Origin: Lama glama
Taxonomy: Eukaryota
NCBI GenBank assembly: GCA_028534125.1
Contig: CM052817.1
Span: 15,316,001-15,380,000, forward strand
DNA length: 64,000 nucleotides
Direction: 5' to 3'
In this document: positions 51,245 to 64,000 of the stretch, piece after piece
Position numbering within the stretch: the first letter of the stretch is position 1
Layout: each line of letters starts with the position of its first letter
Notes under the pieces: model-generated
Databases searched by the model: none
Seen by the model: the letters and a program-made list of their open reading frames with translations, nothing else
What the model was told of the DNA's origin: nothing
Position numbers and translations under genes: made by a program

Positions 51245-51420
51245 GTTATATGCCTGTCATATAACAGGTACCTTGTCATTTTATTTAATTCTAGGAACCA
51301 TCTTATAAAACAGGTAAGTTGAAGCCCATTTTCAATGTGAGAAAGCTAAGTCCTAAGGAGATTCAATTAGTATCAGACAAAGTGTAATTGGAACCCCAAA
51401 CTACCAGTCTCCAAAATCTG
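51245..51420 (-). mobile_element. MIR fragment
   Basis: 'ttatttaattct...cccattttcaatgtgagaaagctaagtcctaagg'. Confidence 0.55.
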
Positions 51421-53904
51421 CCACTTGAATGTTAGGTATATATATATTCAATTTGATGTCTTTAGGTATATTATATATCTACAGATACAGACAGAGATAC
51501 TAAAGACATGTATGTATAGATATAGATGTAGATAAAATATATCTTAGGGATAGATGTACACACACCTGTAGGATATATATCTGTATATCTGTCTATCTAT
51601 CCATTAATTTGATGTCCTTCAGGCAAATGCAGAAAGGAACAATTACAGCTTGAATAAACCATAACAGACTTCTTTCTCTTCCTTCTCTCCCTCCCTCCCT
51701 TCCTTTATTCCTATCCTGGATTGGGGATTTTTGAGAAGCTCCATTTGCTGAATATCCTCAGGTTGGTGACCATGTCTTACTTAAAGTAAATACTGCATTT
51801 TTGCATTTATTGTAGTCAACTGTTACTTTATAAGATTTAGTTGTCAGAGCATTTTTATCAAACTCCTAATTCCATGCCCCGCAGGGTACTTCAGTGGTCA
51901 CATTAACTTCACATGAGCCGCTTACTGGTCCTTAAAGCAAAATTACACATATTTTGGGCCAACTTAGAGAATATCTTCATATCTGGATTTATTTCAATGT
52001 AGTGATATTACAAGTTTGTAGTGAAACTATTATTGAAAGTGTTAGATTTTCTAAGCACAATGATAATGCTGGTATTCAGTTTGATGGGTTCTGGGCTCAG
52101 TAGATTAAGGATTAGATTTATGTGATCATGGCTGTTTTTAACTCTCTTGGTGAGAACAACATTTTGCTAACTTTTGGGGTAACTTTCATGTACAAATAGC
52201 CCCTAGGAATTAATCAAGGGAGGTGAAAAAATAGATGGTGAAGGCAGATTTTCCCCAACAAATCTGACAGTTACTTCTTTGTTCCAATGTCTTTCTCTAA
52301 GTCTCTGTGAAGTTTATATTTTAGGTAATCTTTGGTCATCATGGGCTCTTGCACAAAGACCCCAGGCCACTTTTGCCTACCAGAAGAATGTCATCCATTT
52401 GTACCTTTGCATCTAAGAAGAGATAGGGCATGACCTAGGAAGAATCCCTTAAAATCTGATTCCAGAGATTACAGGGCTTAGAGATTACAGGGGCATCAGT
52501 CCTCCTTCCCTCCACGTCACAAAAACAGAGAATAGACACAAGGATCACTAGCTAAATGTGACAAGATATTAGCTTTGCTGATGGCTAATCTGGTTGGTGC
52601 CCAGTTGTCCTCCAACTGCAGGGATCCTGATAAAGTATGTTGAAGAATGAAGCTTACAACCAAAGCCTAATGAAAACTTCTAATTTTTATTTCAGTGAAG
52701 GCCTGTGGGGAGAGCTGGGTCAGCAAAACAGACTCTGATGGTACAAAACCAGGCTGCTCAAAGAGCTTAGCCCTGCCTCACACATGGTCACCCGAGAATG
52801 AGAGAGAAAGAGAGGAGGAAGGGCAGGTCTCCTTCAGAGCACTTATCTCAGGGGAACAGAGAGGAGAGAGGGAAAGCTCACGCCCCTAAGCGTAAGCAGT
52901 GTCCGGAGCCCCTGCCCAGCGTGAGCGGTGATCTGCAGCGTGGTGTCCTCACCCACTAGGAAAAGTGTAGTCTTACCAGCGTTAGGTTCTCACTAATCAA
53001 AGTTAGCTGTTTCCCTCCGGGAAGAGGAGGAAATAAGACAGGGAGAACATACTGACATGCAGTGTGAAGACTTACAAGGTGAAATGAGTACCGCTGCACA
53101 CGCATTTGTGTATTGCAGTAGGATCATTTCTTGGAAAACCTTAGAACTTCTTTGTTTTCATCGGGGACCATGAAACAAGGAGAAAAAAGGTGATGGGAGA
53201 GAATAAGGTTGCTTAATTTTTGTGGCTTTTAAAGGTTTCTTTTATCCGTAGGGCAATAGGACTGGGACAGACATTTGATATGTGTTCCTAAAGGTTACAT
53301 GGACTAAAGTTACCAGACTCAGGATTTCACAGGCGTTACCTTCATGATTTAGTTAATGATGCCTTTAACCCTGTCTGCTGGTCAATCTCCTTGATCCTTT
53401 TCCAGCTCCACTCCAGCCCCTGCCTTCTCAAGGCCATGGAACATAGAACTTGAAATTGAGGACTCCCTCTTTTCACTGACTGATGAGGAGGAAGGGACTG
53501 GGAGGGAAGGAAGAGTCCCAGATTCTGCCACAGGGAGAGCCATTCTCTAAAGAGAACTTAATCATTTGCTTATTCAACCAACATTTATCAAGTAGAGTGT
53601 AGTGATCCTCAGGGGTCTGCAGATGCCAGTTTGTGAAACACTGTGATAAAAGTTAAGGGCTGTCATTTTAGTTGTTCCCTTGATACCAGCATTGTTGAAA
53701 ACAAATGTGAGTCTTTGAAACATGAAAACAGCACCAGATTATAAGGCGATCACCCAGAATATGTTCATATATATATTTAATATCATCACTGAAACTCAAA
53801 CAAAAAGCTCACAGAGATCGTGTGGACCTAGAAAAATTTATCTTAAGAATCCCAAAGACCTTATTCTGCAGTTTTAGAAATGCTAGTTTAGAGGGAAAAG
53901 AAAT

Positions 53905-54120
53905 AGTTTTGAGATTCAAATAGAACAGAATTTTAATCCTGTCTCTGGAATTTACAAGATGTTTTGTTTTAGCCAGATTAAATGACTGAATATCTTTATA
54001 TTTAAAGATGAGAACAACACTGCTTATATAATGGAGGTCTCATGAAGAAGACAGAGCATGATGTACATAATATATGTCATGTAGTATTTTACACATACTA
54101 AGCTCCTAATCAACATGTGT
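53905..54120 (+). mobile_element. MIR fragment
   Basis: 'ttttgagattcaaatagaacagaattttaatcctgtctct...tttaaagatgagaacaaca...catactaagctcctaatcaa'. Confidence 0.55.
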
Positions 54121-54474
54121 TCCTTTTCATGTCATAATGTGCCTTCATTCCCATTGTGTGCAAGGAGCCATATGAAAAGCTACTGTGACGAATTAAATAT
54201 TATGTATAAGAAGATCTCAATCTGGTGAGACAATAGACATGGAAACACCATTACAATACATTGTGATAAATATCACACAAAAAATGTAAAAGAAAAAAGA
54301 GATACGAGATGTAGAGGAAGATTTTTTTCTGGTACCCTTGAAAGAAACTCTGAAATTTGTTTCCCAAGGAACATATTCCTGGTGAATATTCAGTTAATGA
54401 TAATAGTGATGATGACGATGTTAATGATGATGATAAAAATGAAGTTTATGATTATGTTGACAATAATGATAGAG

Positions 54475-54680
54475 ATAGTTTACATTTATTGCATATTTGC
54501 TATGTTGTAGGAACTCAATTTGCATATATTACTTGATCCTCACAACGCTCTAGTGAGGTAGAATATAACTTCCATATTGTAGAAAATCTCAAGGTTACAC
54601 AGGTAGCATGGGGAAAAGCTGGGACCTGACCCAGTTCTGTCTGATTGAAAAACCTCAAATCCTTAACCACTATAACGCAT
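54475..54680 (-). mobile_element. MIR fragment
   Basis: 'acatttattgcatatttgctatg...ttgatcctcacaacgctctagtgaggtag...caaggttacacaggtag...ctgacccagttctgtctga'. Confidence 0.75.
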
Positions 54681-54829
54681 GCTCTTTCCATAAATTAATT
54701 ACTGAATGGTAATTAGGTTCTATTTGAACTATAGTTCATTTGAATTTAAATAGGCTTTTGCAGGTAGATTGAGCACCTTTCCCTACTTTATCCCATTTAC
54801 CAATTCCTTGGTTTTTTGCACCCTAAATG

Positions 54830-55325
54830 GGATTTGGGGAAACAGCACTCCAAAACTCAGTACATGTCCTTCAGGAGGTGAGCACTTAACCACAGACTCT
54901 AGATGTGGAACATGTGGCACACACCAAGCCAGGTAAAGCACTGAGTGCTCTGACCACAGGGAGTGATTCAGTGATGGACAATCATATGACTCAACCCAAG
55001 AGACTCAAAGCAGGTTGGAACCCATCCTAGGGATTTTGTTTGTGAGATCATAAAAGGTGGTTATTCCTTCTCTTCTAGAATGGAACCTGTGAAGTTATAA
55101 AATTGGAGCTACTGCATCTGTACAACTACCACAAAGAGACTGAAAATGAAGCCAGTAGTTTGGAGAAAGCAAGAACCATCAAAGAGATCAAATCTACAGA
55201 ACAGCATTGAAGCCATTGTTTCTGGCCTGCAATTTCAGTTATCTGAACCAATGTATTCACTTTCTGCTGAGGCCAGTTTGGGTTATGCTTATTTTCCTTC
55301 CAACCAGAGGACTTCTGAATGATGA
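54830..55325 (+). mobile_element. Old MaLR LTR (MLT1K-like)
   Basis: 'ctctgaccacagggagtgattcagtgatggaca..tatgactcaa', 'tttcagttatctgaaccaatgtattcactttctgctgaggccagtttgggtt..caaccagag'. Confidence 0.7.
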
Positions 55326-58300
55326 AGTAGGCTTGCCCTGAGCCTAGTAAAAATATTTTTTAAATTATGGTATACTCAATATGTATAAGATACATATGTA
55401 TATGTGTAAAGTATACAAGTATAAGATATATAAATATACTGTGTGTGCCTGTGTATGCATGTATAATAGTATTAGAAACTCTTATGTAATTCTAACTGAA
55501 GAGGTAGCACATTATCAGGGCCAGTGTCTACAGCTTGGCTTTCTCCATCTTTACATCATAGAGATAACCACTCAGTTAAATTTATTTTTGTCTTAAATTT
55601 GCCTATTGGAATATCATTAAAATACTACATTATTCTTTAGAAATGTACTTTTTGTTATGGATTATATGTGTAGTCTACATAGTTTATTTTCATGGTTGTA
55701 TAGTATTCCTTTGTATGGATAGAACACATTTTATTCATTCTACTGTTGATGACCTTTGGGGTGTGTCCAGGCATGGGTTATTAACAATGGGCTTTACAAA
55801 CATTCTTGAACATGTCCTTTGGTGCAAATGAGTAAGAATTCCCTGCACATACCCAGAGGAGGAATTTTAGAGCTATAAAATATTCACATCTTCAACATTA
55901 TAAAATAACATCAAGTTTTTTTTTCCAAAAAGACTGGTTGTGGCACTGTAACTTTTACCAAGAGTATGTGAGATTCCCATTATTTCATATCTTTGCCTAC
56001 TCGAGGCGTTGTCAAAACTTAATTTTTTTTTCAGTCTACAAATTATACCTATCATGATTTTTATTGTTATTTCTCTAATTATGCATGTTTTAATATATTT
56101 ATTTACCATGTGTATTTTATCTCTTGTTCATGCATCTTGTCCATTTTTCCGTTGAATTGTTTGTCTTTTAATTTTTGGATTATAGGATTTTTATTACATT
56201 CTAGTCCTTTACTGCCTCATAAATCTTCACTTCATTTATGACTTATCTTTTTACTCTACTTATAGTACTTTTTGATAACCAGAAATTTAAAAATTGTTAA
56301 TCTCTACACTTATTAATTCTTTACTTTTATTGATTATATGTATTTAAAAATACGTCTCTATACCAAATCATCAAGATAATCTTCCATGTTTTATTCTAAA
56401 AATGTAAAACTTAACCTTTCAAATTTATCTCCTAAACCAAAGAAAGTTTTTGAGGTAGAGATATAATTGTACTGTTTCCCCTATAGATAACAATTGCCTC
56501 AGTAGCATTATTGACAAGTCCACTATTTTCTCACTGCTCTGAAATGTTATCTCTATCATGTATCAAGTTTGCGTAAAGATGTGGGTCTATTTTGTTATTT
56601 CTATTCTGTTCTGTTTTTTGCTTTGTCCCAGTCTGTGCCAATAAGTGTCTTAATTATTATACTTTTAAAAAAAGTGCTTAATGCATATAACAAGTCCTTT
56701 CAAATGATTATTCTTCAAAATGTCTTCTAATGTTGAGCCTTTTTAAAATCCGTATTACTTTTGTAATCAGTTTATCTAATTCACATAAAAACCTCTTTTG
56801 GAACTTTTATTGGAGTTAGACTAAATTTAACATTAATTTGAGAAGAATTGACATTTTAAAATGTTCAGATTTTTATTCATGAACATGGTATATCTCACCA
56901 TTATTTAGGTGTTTTTTTATGTCTAAGAGTAAAGTTTGAAATTCTCCCTTGTAACGGTAATTTCCTCTTTCATTAATTTTATTCCTATGTGGCATGTACT
57001 TTTTCTTATTTTAAAATTACATTTTCTATCTCTTCTGTCAATGAAATGAAGTACAGATGATTTTTATATTTGACCTTGTATCCAGAAAATATAATAAAAT
57101 ATCTTATTAGTTTTAAGAAATTGTTAGTGTGTTCACATAGGCTTTCTGTGTAGATAATCTAGTTGTGAATAATGACATTATTGTTTATTATTCTTAAAAT
57201 TTAAACTATTTTTAATGTCTTATGACTAGATCTCAGTAAATTATAAAAAGGAGAGTGAAGAATGTAAAGAAAAGTTACCTCTTCATTCTCTCCTCATTTC
57301 TGAGTTTAAAGGCAATAAATGTAATGTCTTACATTTGTATATGATCCCACTGCAGTTTTTGGTTACATAGTCTTTATCATTTTAAGACATTTCTTTCTTT
57401 ACTTGGCTTGTTAAGAGTTTTTATCATGCATGGGGATTAAAAGCATAAATGTAATTTATGCTTTTGTTTCCATGTCCATATAACTGTTTCATCTTTGATA
57501 TGCTTAGTAGGATGAATCACAGTGATAGCTTTCCTAAAATTGAATGAAACTTGCATTCATGAGATGAAACTGATGGATCATAGTATACTATTTGTTTTGT
57601 CAATGCACATTTTTGAGATTTTTGTAGGTATAATCAAGAATAAAATCAGCCCATAATATTCCTCTCCCATGTTACCCCTTGTCTGTCTTATTTTAGATCA
57701 AGGTAGTACTGGCTTCATAAAATTTGATGGATAACTTCCCTGCTCTGTATTTCTTTATCTGTTTTAAAAACATAAATGATGCTAGAATCATCTGTTTTTG
57801 GAATGTTTGGTTGAAATTGATTGTAAATTTTTGAGACCTGGTTTATTCTCCATCAGAAGATTTTAAACTAGTAATGCATTTTAAAAATAGTAATAGAATA
57901 ATTAGTTCTTCTACCTTCCAGAGAGAGTTTCAGTGAGTCTACTTTGCTAGAAAATGGTAAATTCAATGTTAAATTTCAAATTTACTGTCATGACTGTTCA
58001 TTGTATGTTCTTTTTGTCTCAAATCCTGAATGTGTTTTTAAGCTATATTCCTTTTACATTCCAAAATGATTTATTCATTTTTTTCTCCCTCTCTTCCTTT
58101 TCTGATCAATTTTTATGCAAGTTTGCCTACTTTATCAGCCTTTTCAAATAATATAAATTGGCTTTGTCAATTCTCATTATTGTATTTCTTCTATTTATTA
58201 AATTTATTTATTTTTACTTTTGCTGAGTTTATTCTGCTGCTCTTCATCTAATTTCTAACAAACATTTAGCTTTTTCTCTTTCAATATAAACATTTGAGTT

Positions 58301-58852
58301 TTATTTCTTTTGAATTAGCTTTTTAATTGTAGCCTTCAATTATTGATGTGTTGTATTTTAATTATCATTCAGTTTTTAGAATGTTTACACTTACATTCTG
58401 ATGTTTTTCTTTGACCCATGAGTTATATGGAAAATTGCAATTTTCCACTTTTTCAATTTCCTACTTTACTATCACTTTAAAGTTAAAATGTATTACTTAT
58501 TCCTTATTTAATTTCATTGTTGTCTTAGAATATGCTCAGAATGATAATGACTCTTTGAGATTTGTTGAGGCATACTTCATACTCTGGCCCAGTTAAGTAG
58601 GCAAACGCTCCATAAAAATGTGAACTCTAAATTGTTGGATGATGAATTATTTGTATGTTCAGTTGATCAAATTCAACAATCCATTATGGTTTTTTTTTCA
58701 GCTTCATTGCAGTATACTTAATATAAAAAATTACCCATATTTAATGTATATGTTTTGATGAATATGGCTATATGCATACACCCATGATACATCACCAAAA
58801 AGTAAGACACATATCCATTACCTCCAAAAGAATTCCTGTGTCCATTTGCTAT

Positions 58853-59832
58853 TTTTTTAAGACTATTTTTTAATAGTAGTTTTAGGATCACAAAGAGGAA
58901 GGTACAGAGGTTTCCCATATACTCCCTGCCATCACATATCCATAGTCTTTCCCATTATAAACATCCCTCACCAGAATGGTACATTTGTTACAATTGGTAA
59001 ACCTGTGGTGACATCATAATCATGCGAAGTCTGTAGTTTACATTACGGTTTACTCTTCCTGTTGTACATTCTGTAGGCTTGGAAAAATGCATAATAACAT
59101 GTATCCATCATCATAATATCATAAGAAGAATTCCGCTGCTCTAAAATTCCTCTGTGCTCCACCTATTCAACCCTCAACTCCAACCTCTGGCAACCACTGA
59201 TCTTTTTACTTTTCCCATATTTTTACTTCTTTCAGAATGTCATATAGTTGGAATTACACATTATACAGCCTTTTCAGATCAGCTTTCCTCATTTAGTAAT
59301 ATGTATTTAAGGTTCCTGCATGTCTTTTCATGGCTTGATAGCTCATTTCTTTTTAGCACTGAATAATATTCCGTTGTCTGGATATACAACAGTTTTTAAT
59401 TCGTTTGCCTATTAAAGGACATCTTGGTTGCTTTCAAGTTTTGGCAGTTATGAATAAAGCTGCTGTAAATGACCATCTGCAAATTTTTGTGTGGACATAA
59501 GTTTTCAAGTCCTTTGGGTAAATACCAAAAAGTAGGATTTCTAGATTGTAGGGTGAGAGTATGTTTAGTTTTGTAAGAAACTGCCCAACTGTCTAACAAA
59601 GTGGCTGTATCATAGCATTTGGTATTGTCAGTGTTCTTGATTTTGACCTTTCTAATATCTGTGTAATAATATCTTATTATGGTTTTAATTTGCATTTTCC
59701 TGATGACATATAATCTAGAGCATCCTTTCATGTGCTTATTTGCCATCTTTATGTCTTTTTTTGTGAAGTGTTTGTTAAGGACTTTGGCTCACTTTTTAAT
59801 TGTGCTATTTGTTTCCTTATTGTTGTATTTCC
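58853..59832 (-). mobile_element. L1MC1-like 3' end nested in older L1
   Basis: 'aaggtacagaggtttcccatatactccctgcc...catccctcaccagaatggtacatttgttacaat'; ORF MANKHMKGCS..IRKMQIKTIIRYY. Confidence 0.85.
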
Positions 59833-59835
59833 TTT

Positions 59836-59858
59836 GTGTGTGTGTGTGTGTGTGTGTA
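59836..59858. repeat. (TG)n microsatellite
   Basis: About 11 TG units. Confidence 0.95.
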
Positions 59859-59859
59859 T

Positions 59860-60003
59860 GTTAAGAACTCTTAACGTGAGATTTAAACTTGCACAAGTTT
59901 TTAAGTGTATAATACCATACTGTTAACTATAGGCATTGTGTTGTACAGCAGCCTTCTAGGACATATTCATCTTGTACAATCATAGCTTTATACTCATTGA
60001 ACT
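59860..60003 (-). mobile_element. Short L1MA/MB-like 3' end
   Basis: 'ttaagaactcttaacgtgagat...tgtataataccatactgttaactataggcattgtgttgtacagcag..tctag'. Confidence 0.75.
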
Positions 60004-63000
60004 TTAATGATTTGTTCACTTGATTTAACAATTACTGAATAATATGCGTTAAACTCTGTCACTATGATGATACTTTCTTAATTTGTCCTTTTAATACTGT
60101 GCATGTATATGACACTAGGTTATAAGATTTTTTATAAGCCTGAAGTTGTCATACAGTTCTTTTAAACTAAAACTTTTAGTCTTTTGGAGACATATTATTT
60201 ATTTCTAGCAATGCCTTCTGGCTTAATGTCTATTTTTTCTATATTAATATAGCTATACTTTATGTATTTTGATTAGCAAATGCCTGGAAACTTAGATAAT
60301 GTTTCACTTAACCTTTATGCTTTACTTGATTTAGGTATATCTTTCACAAGCAGTGTATAACTGGATACTGTTTTATTTATATAGCATGACAAATTTTGTC
60401 TGACTATCAAGTATAGTCTATATTTAGAGTGATTAATAGAGTTTTTCTAGTATCTTGTTTTGTGTGTTTGTTTTATCCTACTTTTAAATATTAACTTTAT
60501 TCTTTCTTGTCTTTTTCAGAATTTAGTATTTTTTAATCTTATTCCAGTTTTCCTTCTGTATTTTTGGATGTTGTGTTATGTACTTTATTATTAGTGATTA
60601 TTTGAAATGTTTTAACATACATTTTACTCTGAATAACACAAAGACCCTAGCAAACTTTTGAGCAAATTATCTCATGGTTATGATACATGTCAAGAAACTT
60701 AATTCTCTCTTCTATCTGCACATATTGTACATTATTATTATTGTTTTATGTCACTTAAGTTTGTTTAGATGTATTCTTTTCCTTACTACTTTCTTGGCTT
60801 ATTGTTTATCCTTGGGTTTTAATTTTCTACTTGGACTTATTTTTCTTCTTATTGAAATGGGTTTTTAGAAATTCCTTTAGTAATGGTAAATTCTCTTTCT
60901 CTCTCTCTTTTTTTTTTTAGTTTATTTGAAAATGTTATTTTGTCTGCATTTTTGACAATGAAGTTGGGTTTACAATTTTAAGTTGGCAATTATTTTGTCT
61001 AAACACTTTAAAGTTAATATTGTAAACTTATTGTACTATTTTCTAGATACTATTTCTGCTCTTGGAATTTAATGCAATTTTTATTTCTTTGAGGCAGTCT
61101 ATTCTTTCCTGGACATGTTTAATATTTTAACTTACATTCCGAAATCTCACTATAGAGTAATTGAGTGCGAATTTAAAAAAAAATCATCCTTACTTGGCTT
61201 CACTATATTTCCTAATCTGTTGTTTGATGTCATTATTTTGCAGAAATTCTAAGCCATTGTGACTTCAAATACTGAAACTCTAACCTCTGTATTATTTCCT
61301 TCTGGGAACTTGTTTAGATTTATAGTAGGCAGTATAATGCTGTTCTCTGTATTTCTTAACCTCTCTTCAGATCCCTTTGCTTCATTATGAGTAATTTCAT
61401 TTGATCCATCTTCAGGCTCACTAATTCTGTCTTTAGCTAAATCAAGCCTATTATTTAGCACATCCATTGGCGTTTAAATTTCAAGTATAAATTTACTTAT
61501 GGAAAACTTATTTGGTTTTTATAAAACTGTCTCATCATTTTATAGTATCTTTTGTTATTCTTGTATGTCTTGCTTATTCATTTTTTTAAAAAAATTGTCT
61601 AATTATATTTTGATGGCCTTTATTTTTAGAAATTCTATGATGTCTACAGTTAGGGAAGGTCCCTAAAGAAATTGTTTGCATTTGATACTGCTGGGATTTC
61701 AGGAGAATTGTTAAACTGGTACCACTATAAACTGTGTTCTCAGCTTGAACTTTTTTGGCAAATTAGGAAATAAGTTTAAAGTTGGTAATGAATGCAGGCT
61801 GTTTTATGTATTCATACATTTATCTGTTTTCCATTTCCATCATAACAATGATGAATAGACAATATTATTTGTCATCTTCTCTTACAGACATTTGTTCTTG
61901 TCTACTTTTCCCTGAGCGTGTAGGCTTTTGGGCATTGTCACTTTATGTGAAAGTCTTAATGCCAGTTTCTATTTTGAGCAGATACGTGATAATCAAGTCA
62001 AATTCTAGATTACTGTGCTTGCCTCGGCACTCAGGAAGCCTTTCATCTTTGTCCACTTACCATCCTGGATTTCCTTTTGTTTTGGATCTTGACTTATGAG
62101 GGTTTCTCTTACTTTCTTGTTATGTTAGCTATGTACTGAGAAGGAGTTTTGAAGCAGAATTTTATGAGCATATTCAGGTATTTTGTAGCTGGAGAATTTG
62201 AGAACACCTGAAATTTTAGAACAAGGAATCTGGCAACATAGTTTTCAACTTCTTTGGCTGTGACATTTAGCATTAAGTATAAACAACTAAACAATATAAA
62301 ATTTCTTCTTATTATTATTGGATTATGAAGTCCCAGTCTCCACTTGCTAACTACCACCATCTCTCATACTTCTGGAGGAAGCTAACAGAGATTCCCAAAG
62401 CAGAGCAATAGATCCATGGGAAATGTTCCACGTTGCTAAAATTCATATTATACAGACACATTTGGAAAATATCCCATTTTTAAGTGTTGGACCACCCATC
62501 TTCATTTGTGAATGCCATAGATTTATTGTGCTTCTGAACCATCTTATCATGGACTTGTACATCCCAACAGGGAGTGTCAGCAAATCTTGTCTGCAGTGTG
62601 AAGAGGGAAGCCAATTCCATTTTGAGAAGACATGCTTTACAGAATATCTAGAAACTGAAAAAAAAAATGTTTTGCAAGGGATTCAGCTACTTCGAATTGC
62701 TTTCCATCGCAATGAAACAACAACATGGATGTCAAGATTTACCTGCATTTTATATCCATCAAATCAATATAAAAAGGTGAAGGTAAAATTTCTGCTGCTT
62801 CTGTGGAATGAGAATGAACCATGTTTTACAGCAATGCCAATAAGATGAGCAAAAGAGCAAATACTGAAAGTTTTTATTCAGGAGATCTATCCTAAATGGG
62901 GTATGCATAAGACAGCAAGTATTAAGATGCACTGCAGTTGTACGAAAGTCTTGTTGGTATGAGACACAAAAAGGGTCTTTTACTCCCAAGGAGTCTCCCA

Positions 63001-63819
63001 AGGAGACTGGCTATTTCATGCATCCTATAAAGTCAAGAGTAGTCTGAACAGCTTACCACACATTTTAAATAACAAAAATAAAGCCAGTATCATTTACGAT
63101 ACCACTTAAACTTCTGAGCTCATTTAAAAACTGGCTTAGTGAGCATCAAGTAATAAGAGATGGATGGCGACTAAAATGCCAAAAATATGGTTGCCTTCTC
63201 CAAAATAAGAATGGCTTGACAACCTCAGGAAAAATGTCCAAGAGAGTAAACGAGTCTTTACTACCTTTCATCTTTTGGAGCCCTCGTCTTCCTTTCTTGG
63301 GTTCTCGGATCCTGACACTGTCTAATGTTGCTCCTTGACTGCTAAACTGATTCTGCACCCCAGTAAGCCCCATCTTCCCTCAGTCTCACTTGTTTTTTAA
63401 AATACATGTTCTTAGTTTAAGAAATGATTGGTCGTTTGACAAAATCAATAGATCATTCAGAAATCTTAAATCCAAATGAATTTTCTTAAGAGAAATTAAT
63501 GTAGGAAATTTATTTTGAGAATTTAAAATAATCGTAGCATTTTTCTGCTAAACTACATTAATAGGAAGAATAAGTAAATGGGTTATAGAAAAATTAAGTA
63601 CACTATATTAATATATGTATTTATATAAAAATATATAAATTGGTGTATACATCTATACATATAAATATAAATACATATGCATATATATACTGATTAAATC
63701 ATCATAGATGATTGAGCTAGGAATTGCCTTAGCTGATAAATACTAGCTCTTGTTTTTCATCTTTTCCATTTCTAGCATTCAGGTCTAAAAGTTCTTTGTC
63801 AGACATTGTATTCATAATC

Positions 63820-64000
63820 TTTCTTTTTTTAAATTGAAATACAGTTGATTTACAATATTATGTTAGTTTCAGGTATGGAGCAAAGTGATTCTTATATATA
63901 TATATTCATTTTTCAGATTATTTTCCATTATAGGTCAGCTATTGTGTATAGTTCTCTGTGATATACAGTAACTCCTTGTTGTTTATCTGTTTTATATATA
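63820..64000 (-). mobile_element. Cetartiodactyl-type L1 3' end (runs off the window)
   Basis: Poly-T followed by 'ttgaaatacagttgatttacaatattatgttagtttcaggt..gcaaagtgattc..ttcagattattttccattatagg'. Confidence 0.9.

Larger units (their letters stand above)
55400..62200 (-). mobile_element. Near-full-length ancient L1 (L1ME/L1M-type), heavily degraded, with nested younger L1 ends
   Basis: 3'UTR and ORF2 end at 55400-56150; reversed ORF2 motifs to ~60450; ORF1 remnant LNNRLDLAKDRISEPED..ERLRNTEN..PEG..VFE (61249-61467). The 5' boundary is uncertain. Confidence 0.75.

Noticed and set aside
62423..62848. 141-aa ORF
   Set aside because: No recognisable domain, noise-like composition and no exon context.
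1..64000. CRISPR arrays, operons, defence systems, NUMT or non-retroviral viral inserts
   Set aside because: The window is mammalian repeat-rich DNA with no repeat-spacer arrays, gene-dense segments or recognisable mitochondrial or viral ORFs.

Overview
This is AT-rich mammalian non-coding DNA (intergenic or deep intronic), very likely from a camelid because it carries two Vic-1-type tRNA-derived SINEs. It has a 500-N assembly gap at 2201-2700. I recognise no host protein-coding exon, rRNA, tRNA or CRISPR array. Most of the ORF track is noise or retroelement remnants. Roughly half the window is interspersed repeats: L1 of several ages (nested, inverted and near-full-length copies), L2, L3/CR1, MIR, MaLR (MLT1) LTRs, two young ERV1-type solo LTRs with 4-bp target-site duplications (TSDs), an ERV-L internal (dUTPase) fragment, and DNA transposons (MER3, MER5A, MER94, MER2, Tigger6-like). 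Subfamily names come from recalled consensus sequences and need RepeatMasker/Dfam confirmation; boundaries of old repeats are approximate. The most interesting unexplained signals are a branched ~90-nt hairpin with repeated GACT(T)GATG motifs at ~49.2-49.35 kb, a bulged R-region stem-loop in a young solo LTR, a motif-rich repeat-poor block at ~45.5-46.5 kb, and a perfect-Kozak short ORF at 14091. I found no convincing novel biological system.
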